From the NCBI GenBank assembly GCA_963727775.1, contig CAVSHB010000004.1, forward strand, positions 32,001 through 96,000: a stretch of 64,000 bases of DNA, given 5' to 3'. Positions 29,333 to 38,858 of the stretch are shown piece by piece (the stretch's first letter is position 1; each line of letters starts with the position of its first letter). Source of the stretch: an uncultured Nitrospiraceae bacterium (GTDB lineage Bacteria; Nitrospirota; Thermodesulfovibrionia; Thermodesulfovibrionales; SM23-35). The notes under the pieces were generated by a model. It worked only from the letters and a program-made list of their open reading frames with translations, did no database searches and was not told the origin of the DNA. Position numbers and translations under genes: made by a program.

Positions 29333-30433
29333 TTAGTGTCTTGTTACTCCACCTCCACCACCGCCGCCACCATGGAATCCTGCGCCTCCACCGCCACCGC
29401 CATGAGAACCTCCTGCGCTGCCACGTCCTGCACCGGGCGTCATACCGGCTTTGGAGCGGCTCTGGAACCCACGGTCGCTCGAATTCCTTTCAAACTGGCT
29501 GTTAGGGGAGCGATCAAAAGCACTTGAGCGCGTCTCAGTCGGAGGTCCTGACGCACCATAGCCTCGATATTCTCTGTATGCTCCTGTAGCGGCACGTCCC
29601 TGGCTCTTATTGAGGATTGCTCGTGCCCCGTTTTTCGCGGAGGGTCCGGCCCCTACTGCGCCTGCCCTATCAGGAAACGTTCCGCCATGAAATCTGTTCG
29701 CCGGGTCGATACGAGATACCCTTCCTGTCTTGGGATCAGCGAAGTGATTGCTGACGCGTTTCCCATGGTCACGATGATGACCATGTCTATGCCTGTCTAC
29801 ATCAACATCAAAATCTACCAGGACAAAGAAACCGGGAAACCATACATCCCACCCCCAAAACGGATAAGGTACCCAGCTATACAAGTATGCATAATCAGGA
29901 GGCGGGGTATAGTAGGTGACCACAGGAGGTCCCTCCTCGTAATAATAATTATTTTCAACCGTAGAGTCAGGATAATCCGGGCCGGCCGCCTCGCCGTCTC
30001 CTCTGCCTGAACTATCCGCTTTCACAGACAGATTATACTCATTCATTGCACCCTGAAATATTTTCAGGGCCGCTTCTTTGTTCACTGCTATCTTGCCTGC
30101 CTCTGCCGCATCACTAATAGCACTCTGCAATTCTTCAGCAATGTCCGGCGTGACCGGGTAATCGGCAATCCAGCCGTTGCCGGGTGTGATATCGACAGCG
30201 GCCAATGCACTCTCCGCCTCGGTTTCGCTCTCCGCTGTCCCAAGCTTAAGCGCTTCAGCCAGTTTTAAAGCCAGGTCGCCTTCACGAATAAGCGGCTGTT
30301 CCAAAGGAGGGTTCCCGGCTGTTGTCTGCTCCGACTGTGCCATTGCAAGACCTGCCATCAGAAACAGACTGCCTGCAATGACAAAAAATGCTCTAATCAA
30401 TTTTATTTTCATAACAATTTTGTCCTCCTTCAC
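29333..30433 (-). CDS. Hypothetical exported protein with Pro/Tyr-rich core and His- and Gly-rich tail
   Basis: Signal peptide; long ORF upstream of and co-oriented with DUF2950; RBS before GTG. Confidence 0.7.
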   Translation of the reverse strand: MKEDKIVMKIKLIRAFFVIAGSLFLMAGLAMAQSEQTTAGNPPLEQPLIREGDLALKLAEALKLGTAESETEAESALAAVDITPGNGWIADYPVTPDIAEELQSAISDAAEAGKIAVNKEAALKIFQGAMNEYNLSVKADSSGRGDGEAAGPDYPDSTVENNYYYEEGPPVVTYYTPPPDYAYLYSWVPYPFWGWDVWFPGFFVLVDFDVDVDRHRHGHHRDHGKRVSNHFADPKTGRVSRIDPANRFHGGTFPDRAGAVGAGPSAKNGARAILNKSQGRAATGAYREYRGYGASGPPTETRSSAFDRSPNSQFERNSSDRGFQSRSKAGMTPGAGRGSAGGSHGGGGGGAGFHGGGGGGGGVTRH

Positions 30434-31597
30434 ATCGGTACTTAATATAGATTATATCACTATATTGTTAAGGAACAAGTGGCGGGAATGTATTAAGAAT
30501 GGAACGGCTTAACAATTCAAACTTTCTTCATCAAATAAGCACACCGGCTATTATTCACTGAGCGCTGATTAGACCTAAAAATCCGCACTCTCATCATTTG
30601 GCGCATGCAAAGCCACACCGTAAACCTTTATTCATCAAGGCTTAGCTTCTCACGAAAAAAATCAACCTGGATCGCCATGCGGGCTTCCGTTTCGGTCTCA
30701 ATCCTTTATTCATCAAGGCTTAGGTTCTCACATAGATAAGATCACAGACTACCTGGTCTTTATTTAAGTCTCAATCCTTTATTCATCAAGGCTTAGGTTC
30801 TCACTTATCCCGATCGCGCTCAAGGGAGTTGCATATCGGGGTCTCAATCCTTTATTCATCAAGGCTTAGGTTCTCACTTGAACGGAACTCCTTTTGATTT
30901 CAGTATATTCAGTCTCAATCCTTTATTCATCAAGGCTTAGGTTCTCACCCCAAAGCAGGTGATTTCATAATCGTAACTTATTGATTTAGCGTCTCAATCC
31001 TTTATTCATCAAGGCTTAGGTTCTCACGAAGCGAGCATTTCCAGATGTACCCCGGTGGATATACGTCTCAATCCTTTATTCATCAAGGCTTAGGTTCTCA
31101 CCATCAAAGGCGGGGATTGCCGATGCGGATTTTTACAGGTCTCAATCCTTTATTCATCAAGGCTTAGGTTCTCACCTAAAGGATTACATGGCTCGCCATG
31201 GCTTATTGTGTTCAAATCAATGTCTCAATCCTTTATTCATCAAGGCTTAGGTTCTCACGACAAGGAAGCTAGGAGTCTGTCGGACTTTCAACATTTCTGA
31301 AAAGTTTACTTCTTGAAGGACACGGCAGTCTCTTAAGAACCTTTATTGCAAACTGGGCAGCAGAAATCTTTTCGGCCTGTAATTATCTAAGTCCGACAGA
31401 CCTGCATGGGCGTTCCTTATGGCATAATAGACAAGCGGCATAAGAATGAACAACAGGAGATCAGCATAATGTTCAAACAATGTGACAGAGAGACGATATA
31501 TTTATTTCCGCCGTCGGTGCAGGAATGGTTGCCCGAGGGTCACTTGGCGAGATTTGTCGTAGAGATAGTGGATCAGCTTAATCTTGACCGGTTGAAA

Positions 31598-33443
31598 CGT
31601 ATTTTCTTTTTAAAAACTACGAGGAACTCCATATGCTGCAATGATTTGAAGGCGATTTCTAATTTCAAGAAAATGGCTACAATTTTACCTTGAGCAGATC
31701 AAGAATCTTTTGCTGACTGTTATCCGGGGTGCAAACAATTCGGCACGAAGAGCCCTGCACTTGAAGTCTCTGCCTTCTCAGGCTCTTTAATCTCTCAATC
31801 ACATACTCAAATGTCCATCTGCGGTGTTTATTTTTTCCGTCAGACTGAAACAGAGGCTTTAGTCTCTGATTCATATGCCACTGCAAGTAGTAGGCAAGCA
31901 TGCAAAGAAACACATGACAGCGGATTCGGTCGTCGGTCTTGTGATAAACGGGCCGCACCTCAAGCTGTACGCTCTTTAAGTTCCGAAACGCCTGTTCTAC
32001 AAGAGCAAGCTTTTTATATGATGCCACTATTGCCTGCTTTGCCATCAGCCCGGCAGGAACATCGGAGGCAATGATGTAACAGCCGTCAATCAATTCCTCA
32101 GTCTCGATCTTCTCTGTTTTTAATTTCCATGTGAGACGTCCATCCTGTACTGACCACTCTACAAATTTACCTGTCTTCCACTTTCCCAGAACCTTCCCCA
32201 CCCTTGCCGCTATCTTCTCGTTTGACGACTTCCGTTTTGATTGGGCTATGCTATCCAATGCCTTTCTGGTGACCTCAATCAAGCCTTTGCGTGTCACAGC
32301 TTCCCTTGTAGCGGTCTTTGGATTGCGGCATAAGCAGTATCGCCGTCCTATCGCCTCAGGATCCACTACTTCAATAATCTCCTTTTCATCAAACATATCG
32401 ATCTGAATCACCTTGCGTTCCAGTAGCTCTTTTATCTGGTGGTGTGTTAATGCCGATATTATATTGAGCCCTTTTACATCCTTAACCTTTTCGTAATTGG
32501 CATGAGTAACCATTCCACGATCACCTACAAAGATTATCTCCTGGATCCCATATTTTTTCTGCACCTCAGCTATTTTATCGGGTACCGTTTGAGCATCCTG
32601 AGTATTCCCAGGGAAAACTTCCACACCCACAGGGCACCCCTCGGGACTGCAAAGCAGCCCTATCACCATCTGTTCATGCCCCCGCTTGCCGTCCCGGTTA
32701 TATCCGAATTTAACGATCTCACTGTCTTCATACTCGCCCTCAAAATAACTGCTGGTTATATCGTAAAGCACAAGCGCGCCGTTTCGGAGATGCTTTTTCG
32801 CCAATGTACTTTGGATGGCATCCTGCCTCTGTAAAAGACGATCCATAGGCTCATAACAATGCTTATCTACGTCAACCGGCCCTTCTATCCCGCAGAGTTC
32901 CCATAATGCCGTGTCCTCCCATCTGTGCGATAAAGCCAGCTTGCTGCCGCTATATACTAAACGGCCGATTATCATGGCAAGACAGTCTTTAACCCACTGC
33001 TCGGAATATCTCGAATAAATCATCTTGTCCAACTCTAATTCCTTCGCCAACTGCAATACCGCATAGGAAGCGCCGTACTCTTTCGATTCCGCGATTTTGT
33101 GAGCGTCGGCTGAACCCTTTACCAGCACATCGCCCCTGAAGGCGGCCTGTATGAGCTTTAGTTGTTCAAGACTCATATCCTTAATGGTCCCATGTGTCGT
33201 GTGCCTGATTTCGCCCTTCTCACGGAAGGTAGTGCGAATAACGCCGTAGTGCTTATTGCCGGAAGTCTGTATTTCGAGATGGGGGCGTGGCTTCTTTTTA
33301 AATGGCATGGCTACTATTATAGGATATGATTACCACTATGTCAACTATAAAATGCTATATTATATGGCTACATTTGAAAGCCAAATACACGGTAATCTAT
33401 TGTAATATAAGCATTTATGGGTGTTTTCATAAAAGAAAATACG
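31598..33443 (-). mobile_element. IS1634-family element (1846 bp)
   Basis: TIR cgtattttctttt/aaaagaaaatacg; 6-bp TSD TTGAAA at 31592-97 and 33444-49. Confidence 0.92.
31677..33308 (-). CDS. IS1634-family transposase, intact
   Basis: LYDITSSYFEG, FGYNRDGK, VFPGNTQD, VGDRGM, VEQAFRNLK, RPVYH...RIRCHVFLCMLAY. Confidence 0.93.
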   Translation of the reverse strand: MPFKKKPRPHLEIQTSGNKHYGVIRTTFREKGEIRHTTHGTIKDMSLEQLKLIQAAFRGDVLVKGSADAHKIAESKEYGASYAVLQLAKELELDKMIYSRYSEQWVKDCLAMIIGRLVYSGSKLALSHRWEDTALWELCGIEGPVDVDKHCYEPMDRLLQRQDAIQSTLAKKHLRNGALVLYDITSSYFEGEYEDSEIVKFGYNRDGKRGHEQMVIGLLCSPEGCPVGVEVFPGNTQDAQTVPDKIAEVQKKYGIQEIIFVGDRGMVTHANYEKVKDVKGLNIISALTHHQIKELLERKVIQIDMFDEKEIIEVVDPEAIGRRYCLCRNPKTATREAVTRKGLIEVTRKALDSIAQSKRKSSNEKIAARVGKVLGKWKTGKFVEWSVQDGRLTWKLKTEKIETEELIDGCYIIASDVPAGLMAKQAIVASYKKLALVEQAFRNLKSVQLEVRPVYHKTDDRIRCHVFLCMLAYYLQWHMNQRLKPLFQSDGKNKHRRWTFEYVIERLKSLRRQRLQVQGSSCRIVCTPDNSQQKILDLLKVKL

Positions 33444-34968
33444 TTGAAAAATGATTATGCAGGACGAGGCAGTGAGGCATACAGCCCTGAGATGCTGGTG
33501 GCATTATTATTTTACGGATATGCGACGGGAGTCTTTTCGAGCAGGCAATTAGAGCGTAGCACGTACGACTCTGTAGCATTCCGGTATGTGGCAGCCAACA
33601 GTCACCCTGACCATGACACAATAGCAACCTTTCGACGTCGGTTTTTGCCTAAGCTGAAAGAACTGTTTGTGCAGATACTAATGATAGCAGCAGAAACCGG
33701 GGTATTGAAGTTAGGCACGGTCAGCTTGGATGGGACCAAAATGAAAGCCAATGCCTCAAAGCACAAGGCGTTGAGCTACGGGCATGCATGCAAAATAGAG
33801 AATAAGTTGAAAGTGGAAGTGGCGGAACTGATGAAGAAAGCTGAGGCTGCTGACAAAGCTGACATTCCTGACGGCATGAACATCCCGGAAGAGCTGGAGC
33901 GGCGAGAGAAGCGGCTGAAAATGATAGCTGAAGCAAAAGCTGAGATAGAGCGCCGTGCGGCAGAGCGGCATGCAATGGAACAAGCCGACAGTGAAAAGAA
34001 ACAGGCAGAGCGTGTAGCCAAACAAAAGCAGAGCGGCAAGAAACCCCGAGGCAAAGGACCCAAGCCGCCTGCAGCCGGGCCAACTGACAAAGATCAGGTC
34101 AATCTGACCGATGAAGAATCTCGCATAATGCCGGCATCGGGTGGAGGATTCAAGCAGGCTTATAATGCTCAAGCAGCCGTGGATACAGAAACAATGCTTA
34201 TTGTCGCAACGCATGTAACACAACAATCCAATGACAAACAGCAGATGAAACCAGCGCTTGAAGCGCTTACATATCTGCCCGAACAACTTGGCAAAGTAAA
34301 AACTATAATAGCCGACAGCGGGTATTACAGCGAAGCAAATGTGCAAGAATGTGAGAGCAAAGGAATAGAGCCATATATAGCAGTAGATCGGCAGAGTCAT
34401 AATCAGCCTTTATGGGAGCGATTCGTCGAACCGCCTCCATTGCCGGTTGATGCTGATGCAGTGACAAGAATGAAACATCGGTTGAAGACAGTTGCCGGTA
34501 AGGCAATTTATGCGATACGCAAGAGTACTGTGGAGCCGGCGTTTGGGGTAATCAAGGCAGCTATGGGATTTGACCGATTCCTGTTGCGTGGTTTTACTGC
34601 AGTCAATGGCGAGTGGGATATGATCTGCATTGCATGGAACATCAAAAGGCTGCATGCATTGAGGAACAGCCAGGTAGGCGCCTGAAAATGGCGATGGCAT
34701 AATGTATCCAACAAAACACCGGCAGGAAAGAACCGATGACAGACGATCAAATCATGAAAAATAACTACAATCGACTCTCTCGGATTCCAACCGCTGTCAA
34801 AAACAGCAATTCAAGTCCGACAGACTCCTAGAGAATGGAGAGCACAAATAACTTATAGGTCTCAATCCTTTATTCATCAAGGCTTAGGTTCTCACGTTGT
34901 GTGTTGCAATGCGCCTGGCAAGCTTCCATACGTCTCAATCCTTTATTCATCAAGGCTTAGGTTCTCAC

Positions 34969-35167
34969 AGCATACTGTTTTTCAACAATGGAATCAATAG
35001 GTTATTAGCAGTTTTTGGGTAACCGCGACTTACTAACATTCTTCTTCTCTCAGAAGATGTCATTTTGATGTTGTCAAAGATCAAAAATACTCGACTATCC
35101 AAGGGGTTATCTCAGTTCCGATAACCTACCTCTATTTGTAGAGTTCTCAAAAAGTTTGTGCAACCCC
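34969..35167 (-). promoter_or_regulatory. CRISPR leader
   Basis: AT-rich non-coding segment between the cas2 stop and the first perfect repeat, opposite the degenerate repeat. Confidence 0.75.
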
Positions 35168-35440
35168 TTATAAAATAAAGACATTCTCGTCTTTTGTGAC
35201 CTCTCCCTTGCCGAGCACGCTTACTACCCCTTGACACTTGGCGCAAAGAGAGTAAATTCTGATACTGTCCTGGTCCGACACCATCTTCTGGAGTTTAGAC
35301 CTCATCTTTTCGAGCTGCTTTTCATCAAGTATACATTCAAAAACACTATATTGGACCCTGGAACCGAAATTAAGGAGCGTCTTCGCTACCTTATTCCGCT
35401 TCCGGTCGTCCGGAATGTCGTAAGAGACAATATAGAACAA
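35168..35440 (-). CDS. cas2: CRISPR-associated endonuclease Cas2
   Basis: YIVSYDIPDDRKRNKVAK, RVQYSVFEC, DSIRIYSLC. Confidence 0.96.
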   Translation of the reverse strand: MFYIVSYDIPDDRKRNKVAKTLLNFGSRVQYSVFECILDEKQLEKMRSKLQKMVSDQDSIRIYSLCAKCQGVVSVLGKGEVTKDENVFIL

Positions 35441-35454
35441 CCTAACCTCACTCT

Positions 35455-35532
35455 GCCACAGAGATCACAGAGGGCTCAGAGAAAGAACGTCTTTGAAACA
35501 AAAAACTCTGTGTTCTCTGTGAACTCTGTGGC
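35455..35532. repeat. Palindromic unit of 9-nt-period CACAGAGnn repeats; related arms at 35923, 35962 and 36688
   Basis: gccacagagatcacagagggctcagag ... ctctgtgttctctgtgaactctgtggc. Confidence 0.8.
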
Positions 35533-35545
35533 TGAGCTTACTTAT

Positions 35546-35911
35546 TTATAAAGAAAATCTCCTTACCCCGTCAACAAGTCGTCTCTCACCAAAATTGATG
35601 AGCAGTCCACGCTTCAGCCCCGTGCTCTTCAGATATGACAGCACTTGAGCAGTGAAAACATCTTCTATTTTTCGTACCGACTTTACTTCAACAACGACTT
35701 CATCGTTCACAATCAAATCGAGCCGTTGTCCTTTGATAGCTTTATCCTTATAAAACACATCCATCTCTTTTTGCCGTTGATATTCAATGCTGCGTAACGA
35801 AAACTCATGGCAAAGCGCTTCTTCATAAATGGATTCGAGCAACCCCGGCCCGAGAAGCCGATGCACCTCTATTGCCGCTGCTATAATCTGTTCAGTCAAT
35901 TTGTCAGACAT
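35546..35911 (-). CDS. GxxExxY protein (PD-(D/E)XK-like)
   Basis: AIEVHRLLGPGLLESIYEEAL, RLDLIV, VVEVKSV, AQVLSYLK, GLLINFG. Confidence 0.93.
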   Translation of the reverse strand: MSDKLTEQIIAAAIEVHRLLGPGLLESIYEEALCHEFSLRSIEYQRQKEMDVFYKDKAIKGQRLDLIVNDEVVVEVKSVRKIEDVFTAQVLSYLKSTGLKRGLLINFGERRLVDGVRRFSL

Positions 35912-36080
35912 TCACATATGCTGCCACAGAGTTCACAGCTTTTCAAAAAGAAGTCCTTTTAGCCACAGAGCACACAGAGTTCACAGGGTTACTAATAGGT
36001 TCATCAGTAAGCAATCAAGTGCTCATAACTCCCCCCTCGCCCCCTCTTACCTTAAGAGGGGGTTGGGGGGCGTTACCTAA

Positions 36081-36655
36081 GTGAAGAACCCTGCGGCAGA
36101 GACCGCAGGGCGTCAGAAGTCAAACAACCTCAACTGCCCAACATCCTTCTCTCTGCCTTGGTTCTTTATGTATTTCTCAATCACTCCTTTATTCCCTTTA
36201 CCGCTGATCGTTGCTATGTAGTACCCATCTGTCCAGAACTCACCACCCCAAAGTTCTTTTTTTACCTCGGGGGCCTCTTCATATACTCTTTTCCCACTTA
36301 TACTCTTTATTATCTTGATCACCTCCCCCCCAGAATACTTCGATAAATATCGACACAGAATATGCACATGGTTTCGATCAAATCCAACTGTATTGATCTC
36401 TATCGCATACCTTTCTTTCAATCCTTTCAGCGCTCCAACTATAGCCCCTTCTACTTCTTTACTCAAAAGTGACTTGCGGTATTTCACCGTTATTTGAATG
36501 TGATAGTAACACTCCGATATATTGTGATACCATCGCCATATATCGTCGTCAAGAGTTACCATCGTCTCTTTATTCTATCAGTCTACAGGTCTTTCCCTCC
36601 ATTTACTCTACATACATCGGATCCTGCGGCAGAGACCGCAGGGTGTATCAATTAT
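36081..36655 (-). mobile_element. IS200-like element, copy 1 (left end approximate)
   Basis: Matching hairpins cctgcggcagagaccgcagg at both ends (~36090 and ~36623) around tnpA. Confidence 0.85.
36113..36562 (-). CDS. tnpA: IS200/IS605 Y1 transposase TnpA
   Basis: YHIQITVKYRK, HVH (HUH), IKSIS, FWTDGYY, IEKYIKNQ. Confidence 0.93.
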   Translation of the reverse strand: MVTLDDDIWRWYHNISECYYHIQITVKYRKSLLSKEVEGAIVGALKGLKERYAIEINTVGFDRNHVHILCRYLSKYSGGEVIKIIKSISGKRVYEEAPEVKKELWGGEFWTDGYYIATISGKGNKGVIEKYIKNQGREKDVGQLRLFDF

Positions 36656-36728
36656 CAATGATGAACTCCTTAGAAATTGTCTTTTTTCTCTGGGCCCTCT
36701 GTGTCCTCTGTGGCAATGATTTTTCCTT

Positions 36729-37726
36729 CTATATTTGACTCAAAAATGGCGTATATCCTGCGCCGTCCTTCAGGCACCCCGCCAACTTCTCCGCCTGTAT
36801 CCTGAAACACTTTCTCAGTGTTGTATTCTCCCCGGTATAAGGATGTTTGAATTCGCGGCCCAGATAAGCTTCATATTCCGCAAAATATCTCTTCATCGCC
36901 TCCCTTTTAAGATATACGCTTCCATCCTTCTCATTTCTGTAGAAATCTTCCTGGCTCAGGATCTTATTGTTCATAAGATAGAGGGTAAACCTGTCGACGG
37001 AGGCGCGGAATTCCTCCTGAAGATCTGACGCAAGTGAAGCCCGCCCATAGTCCACCTGATGAAAATATCCCAAATACGGATCGAAGCCCAGGCCGTCGAG
37101 CAGGGATGAGATCTCGTTGAAGATCAAGTATACCCGAAGGAAAGGAGGGCATTCACAGGGTCGGTGGAAGGATGTTTGCGCCTGCCTTCAAAAGTGAAGC
37201 CGCCGAGAATCATCTTCCCGAACCCTTTGAAATAGGTCTGTGCAGCACTTCCTTCAACGCCTCGCAATGAATTCAATGATTCCGTCGTGGCAACATTCTT
37301 CATGGATGTTTCGATGCTCGTTATCTCGACATTAAAATCAATGTTCGGGTGATTGTGAGAGAAATCCTTAAGTAGGGTGAGACAATTGGTTAGCTTGCCG
37401 CTCACTATTCTCTTTGAAAGCTCCAGTTTGAATGCGTCATCGCCGTACTGCTTAAATTGCATCACCCTCAGTTCGATGTTCTTTGTTGCCGGAGAGGTGA
37501 GCTGTCCTATCAGCCTGCCCGTCCGCGTCAGAAGGGCGAGTTCGATCCCGAACTTGAATAGTTCATGCACGGCCTGTGTCGTAATCTGCACGTTCCCAAA
37601 GACCAGAACAGCGTCAATCTTATTGCATTGTATGTCGAGCAACACTTCTTTATCCTTTTGGACGATAAGCCTGTCCCCGGTTTTACATAAGACAGACCCC
37701 TGTTCGGTAAGATATAGATTAGCCAT
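36729..37726 (-). pseudogene. cas1: Cas1 with a 1-bp frameshift near 37125
   Basis: LYLTEQGS, RGVEGSAAQTYF, DPVNALLSFGYT | LIFNEI, DPYLGYFH, SLASDLQEEFR in two overlapping frames. Confidence 0.93.
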
Positions 37727-37730
37727 TTTA

Positions 37731-37797
37731 ATAAGTCATGAGTCCCAAGTAATCAGTCATAAGACAGTCATTCGTCATAAGTCCCGAGTCATAAGTT
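37731..37797. repeat. Degenerate heptamer tandem repeat (consensus ATAAGTC, ~9 units)
   Basis: ataagtc atgagtc ccaagta atcagtc ataagac agtc attcgtc ataagtc ccgagtc ataagtt. Confidence 0.75.
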
Positions 37798-37798
37798 A

Positions 37799-38200
37799 TT
37801 AAACGGTGAATATCTTTAAAGCAACGACTTTTGAGATCCTGTCAAAATCTGAATCGTTATGCAGGAGAAGGAGATTATTCTCCATGGCTGCCTGGGCAAT
37901 AAGACAATCTATAGTGCTGCTGATCGTTATGCCTTTCTTCCTGCATTTAAAATAAATCTTGGCTGCTGAGGCATAAGATTCCCTTTCGTCCTTCAATACA
38001 TAAAATCGCTGGGTATCAAGATACCTTTTTACCCTATCAAATTCTCTTTCAGTCTTTATCCCTTGCAAAACTTCCTGATAAATGAGAGGAGTTATTCCAA
38101 AGGGGATACCGTTATCAAGGGCATACTGAAATCTGAGTACCGCGTCGTTTTCATTCCCCCGCAAATAATCAATCATTACCGATGTATCAACAAGAACCAA
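37799..38200 (-). CDS. vapC: VapC/PIN toxin
   Basis: VLVDTSVMID, QEVLQG, IDCLIA, LLHNDSDF. Confidence 0.93.
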   Translation of the reverse strand: MVLVDTSVMIDYLRGNENDAVLRFQYALDNGIPFGITPLIYQEVLQGIKTEREFDRVKRYLDTQRFYVLKDERESYASAAKIYFKCRKKGITISSTIDCLIAQAAMENNLLLLHNDSDFDRISKVVALKIFTV

Positions 38201-38201
38201 A

Positions 38202-38402
38202 TCAATTGCCCTTTCTCAACTTTTTATAATCATAGCCCGACCGAAACTCTATCTTCCCCCTTAATTCCCTTAAGTCCAGCCTCTGTTTAACATGAATAAA
38301 TTCTTGAAGAGCTTCATGTATCAGTTCTTTTTTTGTTTTTGCCTTTGAATACCGGAAAGCCCTTTCCACTATGTCTTCGTCCAATACTATGTTGGTCCTC
38401 AT
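38202..38402 (-). CDS. vapB: VapB-type (RHH) antitoxin
   Basis: MRTNIVLDE...KTKKELIHEAL; GAGGAGG RBS; directly upstream of the PIN gene. Confidence 0.88.
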   Translation of the reverse strand: MRTNIVLDEDIVERAFRYSKAKTKKELIHEALQEFIHVKQRLDLRELRGKIEFRSGYDYKKLRKGN

Positions 38403-38469
38403 TTTCATACACCTCCTCATACACATACTATAACACATTTAGAAAGCCTCTTTCGATTCGGCAACCAGC

Positions 38470-38858
38470 GAAAAGAAAGTAGAAGGAGCGATAGTAGAAG
38501 CTCTGAAAGGATTAAAAGAGAGGTATGCGATAGAGATCAGTACAATTGGATTTGATCAAAACCATATGCATATACTGTGTCGATATTTACCGAAATATTC
38601 AGGAGGTCAGGTAATCAAGATAATAAAGAGTATAAGCGGGAAGAAAGTATTTGAAGAAAATCCTGAGGTGAAAAAAGATCTATGGGGAGGAGAGTTTTGG
38701 ACAGATAGGTACTATATCGCAACGATCAGCGGCAAAGGGAATAAACAAGTAATTGAGAAATACATAAGAAATCAAGGAAGAGGCAAAGACCTTGAGCAGG
38801 TCAGGCTGTTTGAATTTTGACTTTGACGCCCTGCGGTCTCTGCCGCAGGGTTCTTCAC
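38470..38858 (+). mobile_element. IS200-like element, copy 2, 5'-truncated; right end abuts cas10
   Basis: Diverged paralog of copy 1 from ...VEGAIV onward; same terminal hairpin and gggttcttcac end. Confidence 0.85.

Larger units (their letters stand above)
31469..34685 (+). pseudogene. IS1182 transposase split by IS1634 (31469-31597 + 33450-34685 rejoin in frame, 454 aa)
   Basis: LFPPSVQEWLPEGHLARFV...LDRLK|NDYAGRGSEAY; PDHDTIATFRR, DGTKMKANAS, ADSGY, VEPAFG. Confidence 0.92.
31273..34827 (+). mobile_element. IS1182-family element (1703 bp when reconstituted) inserted in a CRISPR spacer
   Basis: 15-bp perfect TIR gagtctgtcggactt/aagtccgacagactc; CTAG target duplication at 31269-72 and 34828-31. 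Confidence 0.92.
30617..34968 (-). CRISPR. CRISPR array: 11 repeats of 37 bp (GTGAGAACCTAAGCCTTGATGAATAAAGGATTGAGAC), 10 spacers of 34-46 bp, split by an IS insertion
   Basis: Repeats start at 30617 (degenerate trailer), 30695, 30768, 30841, 30912, 30991, 31065, 31139, 31222, 34859 and 34932; 3' ATTGAGAC handle; AT-rich leader toward cas2. Confidence 0.98.

Noticed and set aside
30513..30545. Possible older degenerate CRISPR repeat (tcaaactttcttcatcaa)
   Set aside because: Out of phase with the array period and too short to support
31406..31693. 95-aa ORF (and the 422-aa ORF at 33417) as separate genes
   Set aside because: They are the two halves of the IS1182 transposase with ends borrowed from IS1634
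31673..33372. Three ATGGCTAC copies near the IS1634 ends
   Set aside because: Possibly transposase or regulatory sites, but an 8-mer is too short to call without other IS copies
30654..34931. Self-targeting spacers
   Set aside because: No match to this window was noticed by eye; a genome-wide search is needed
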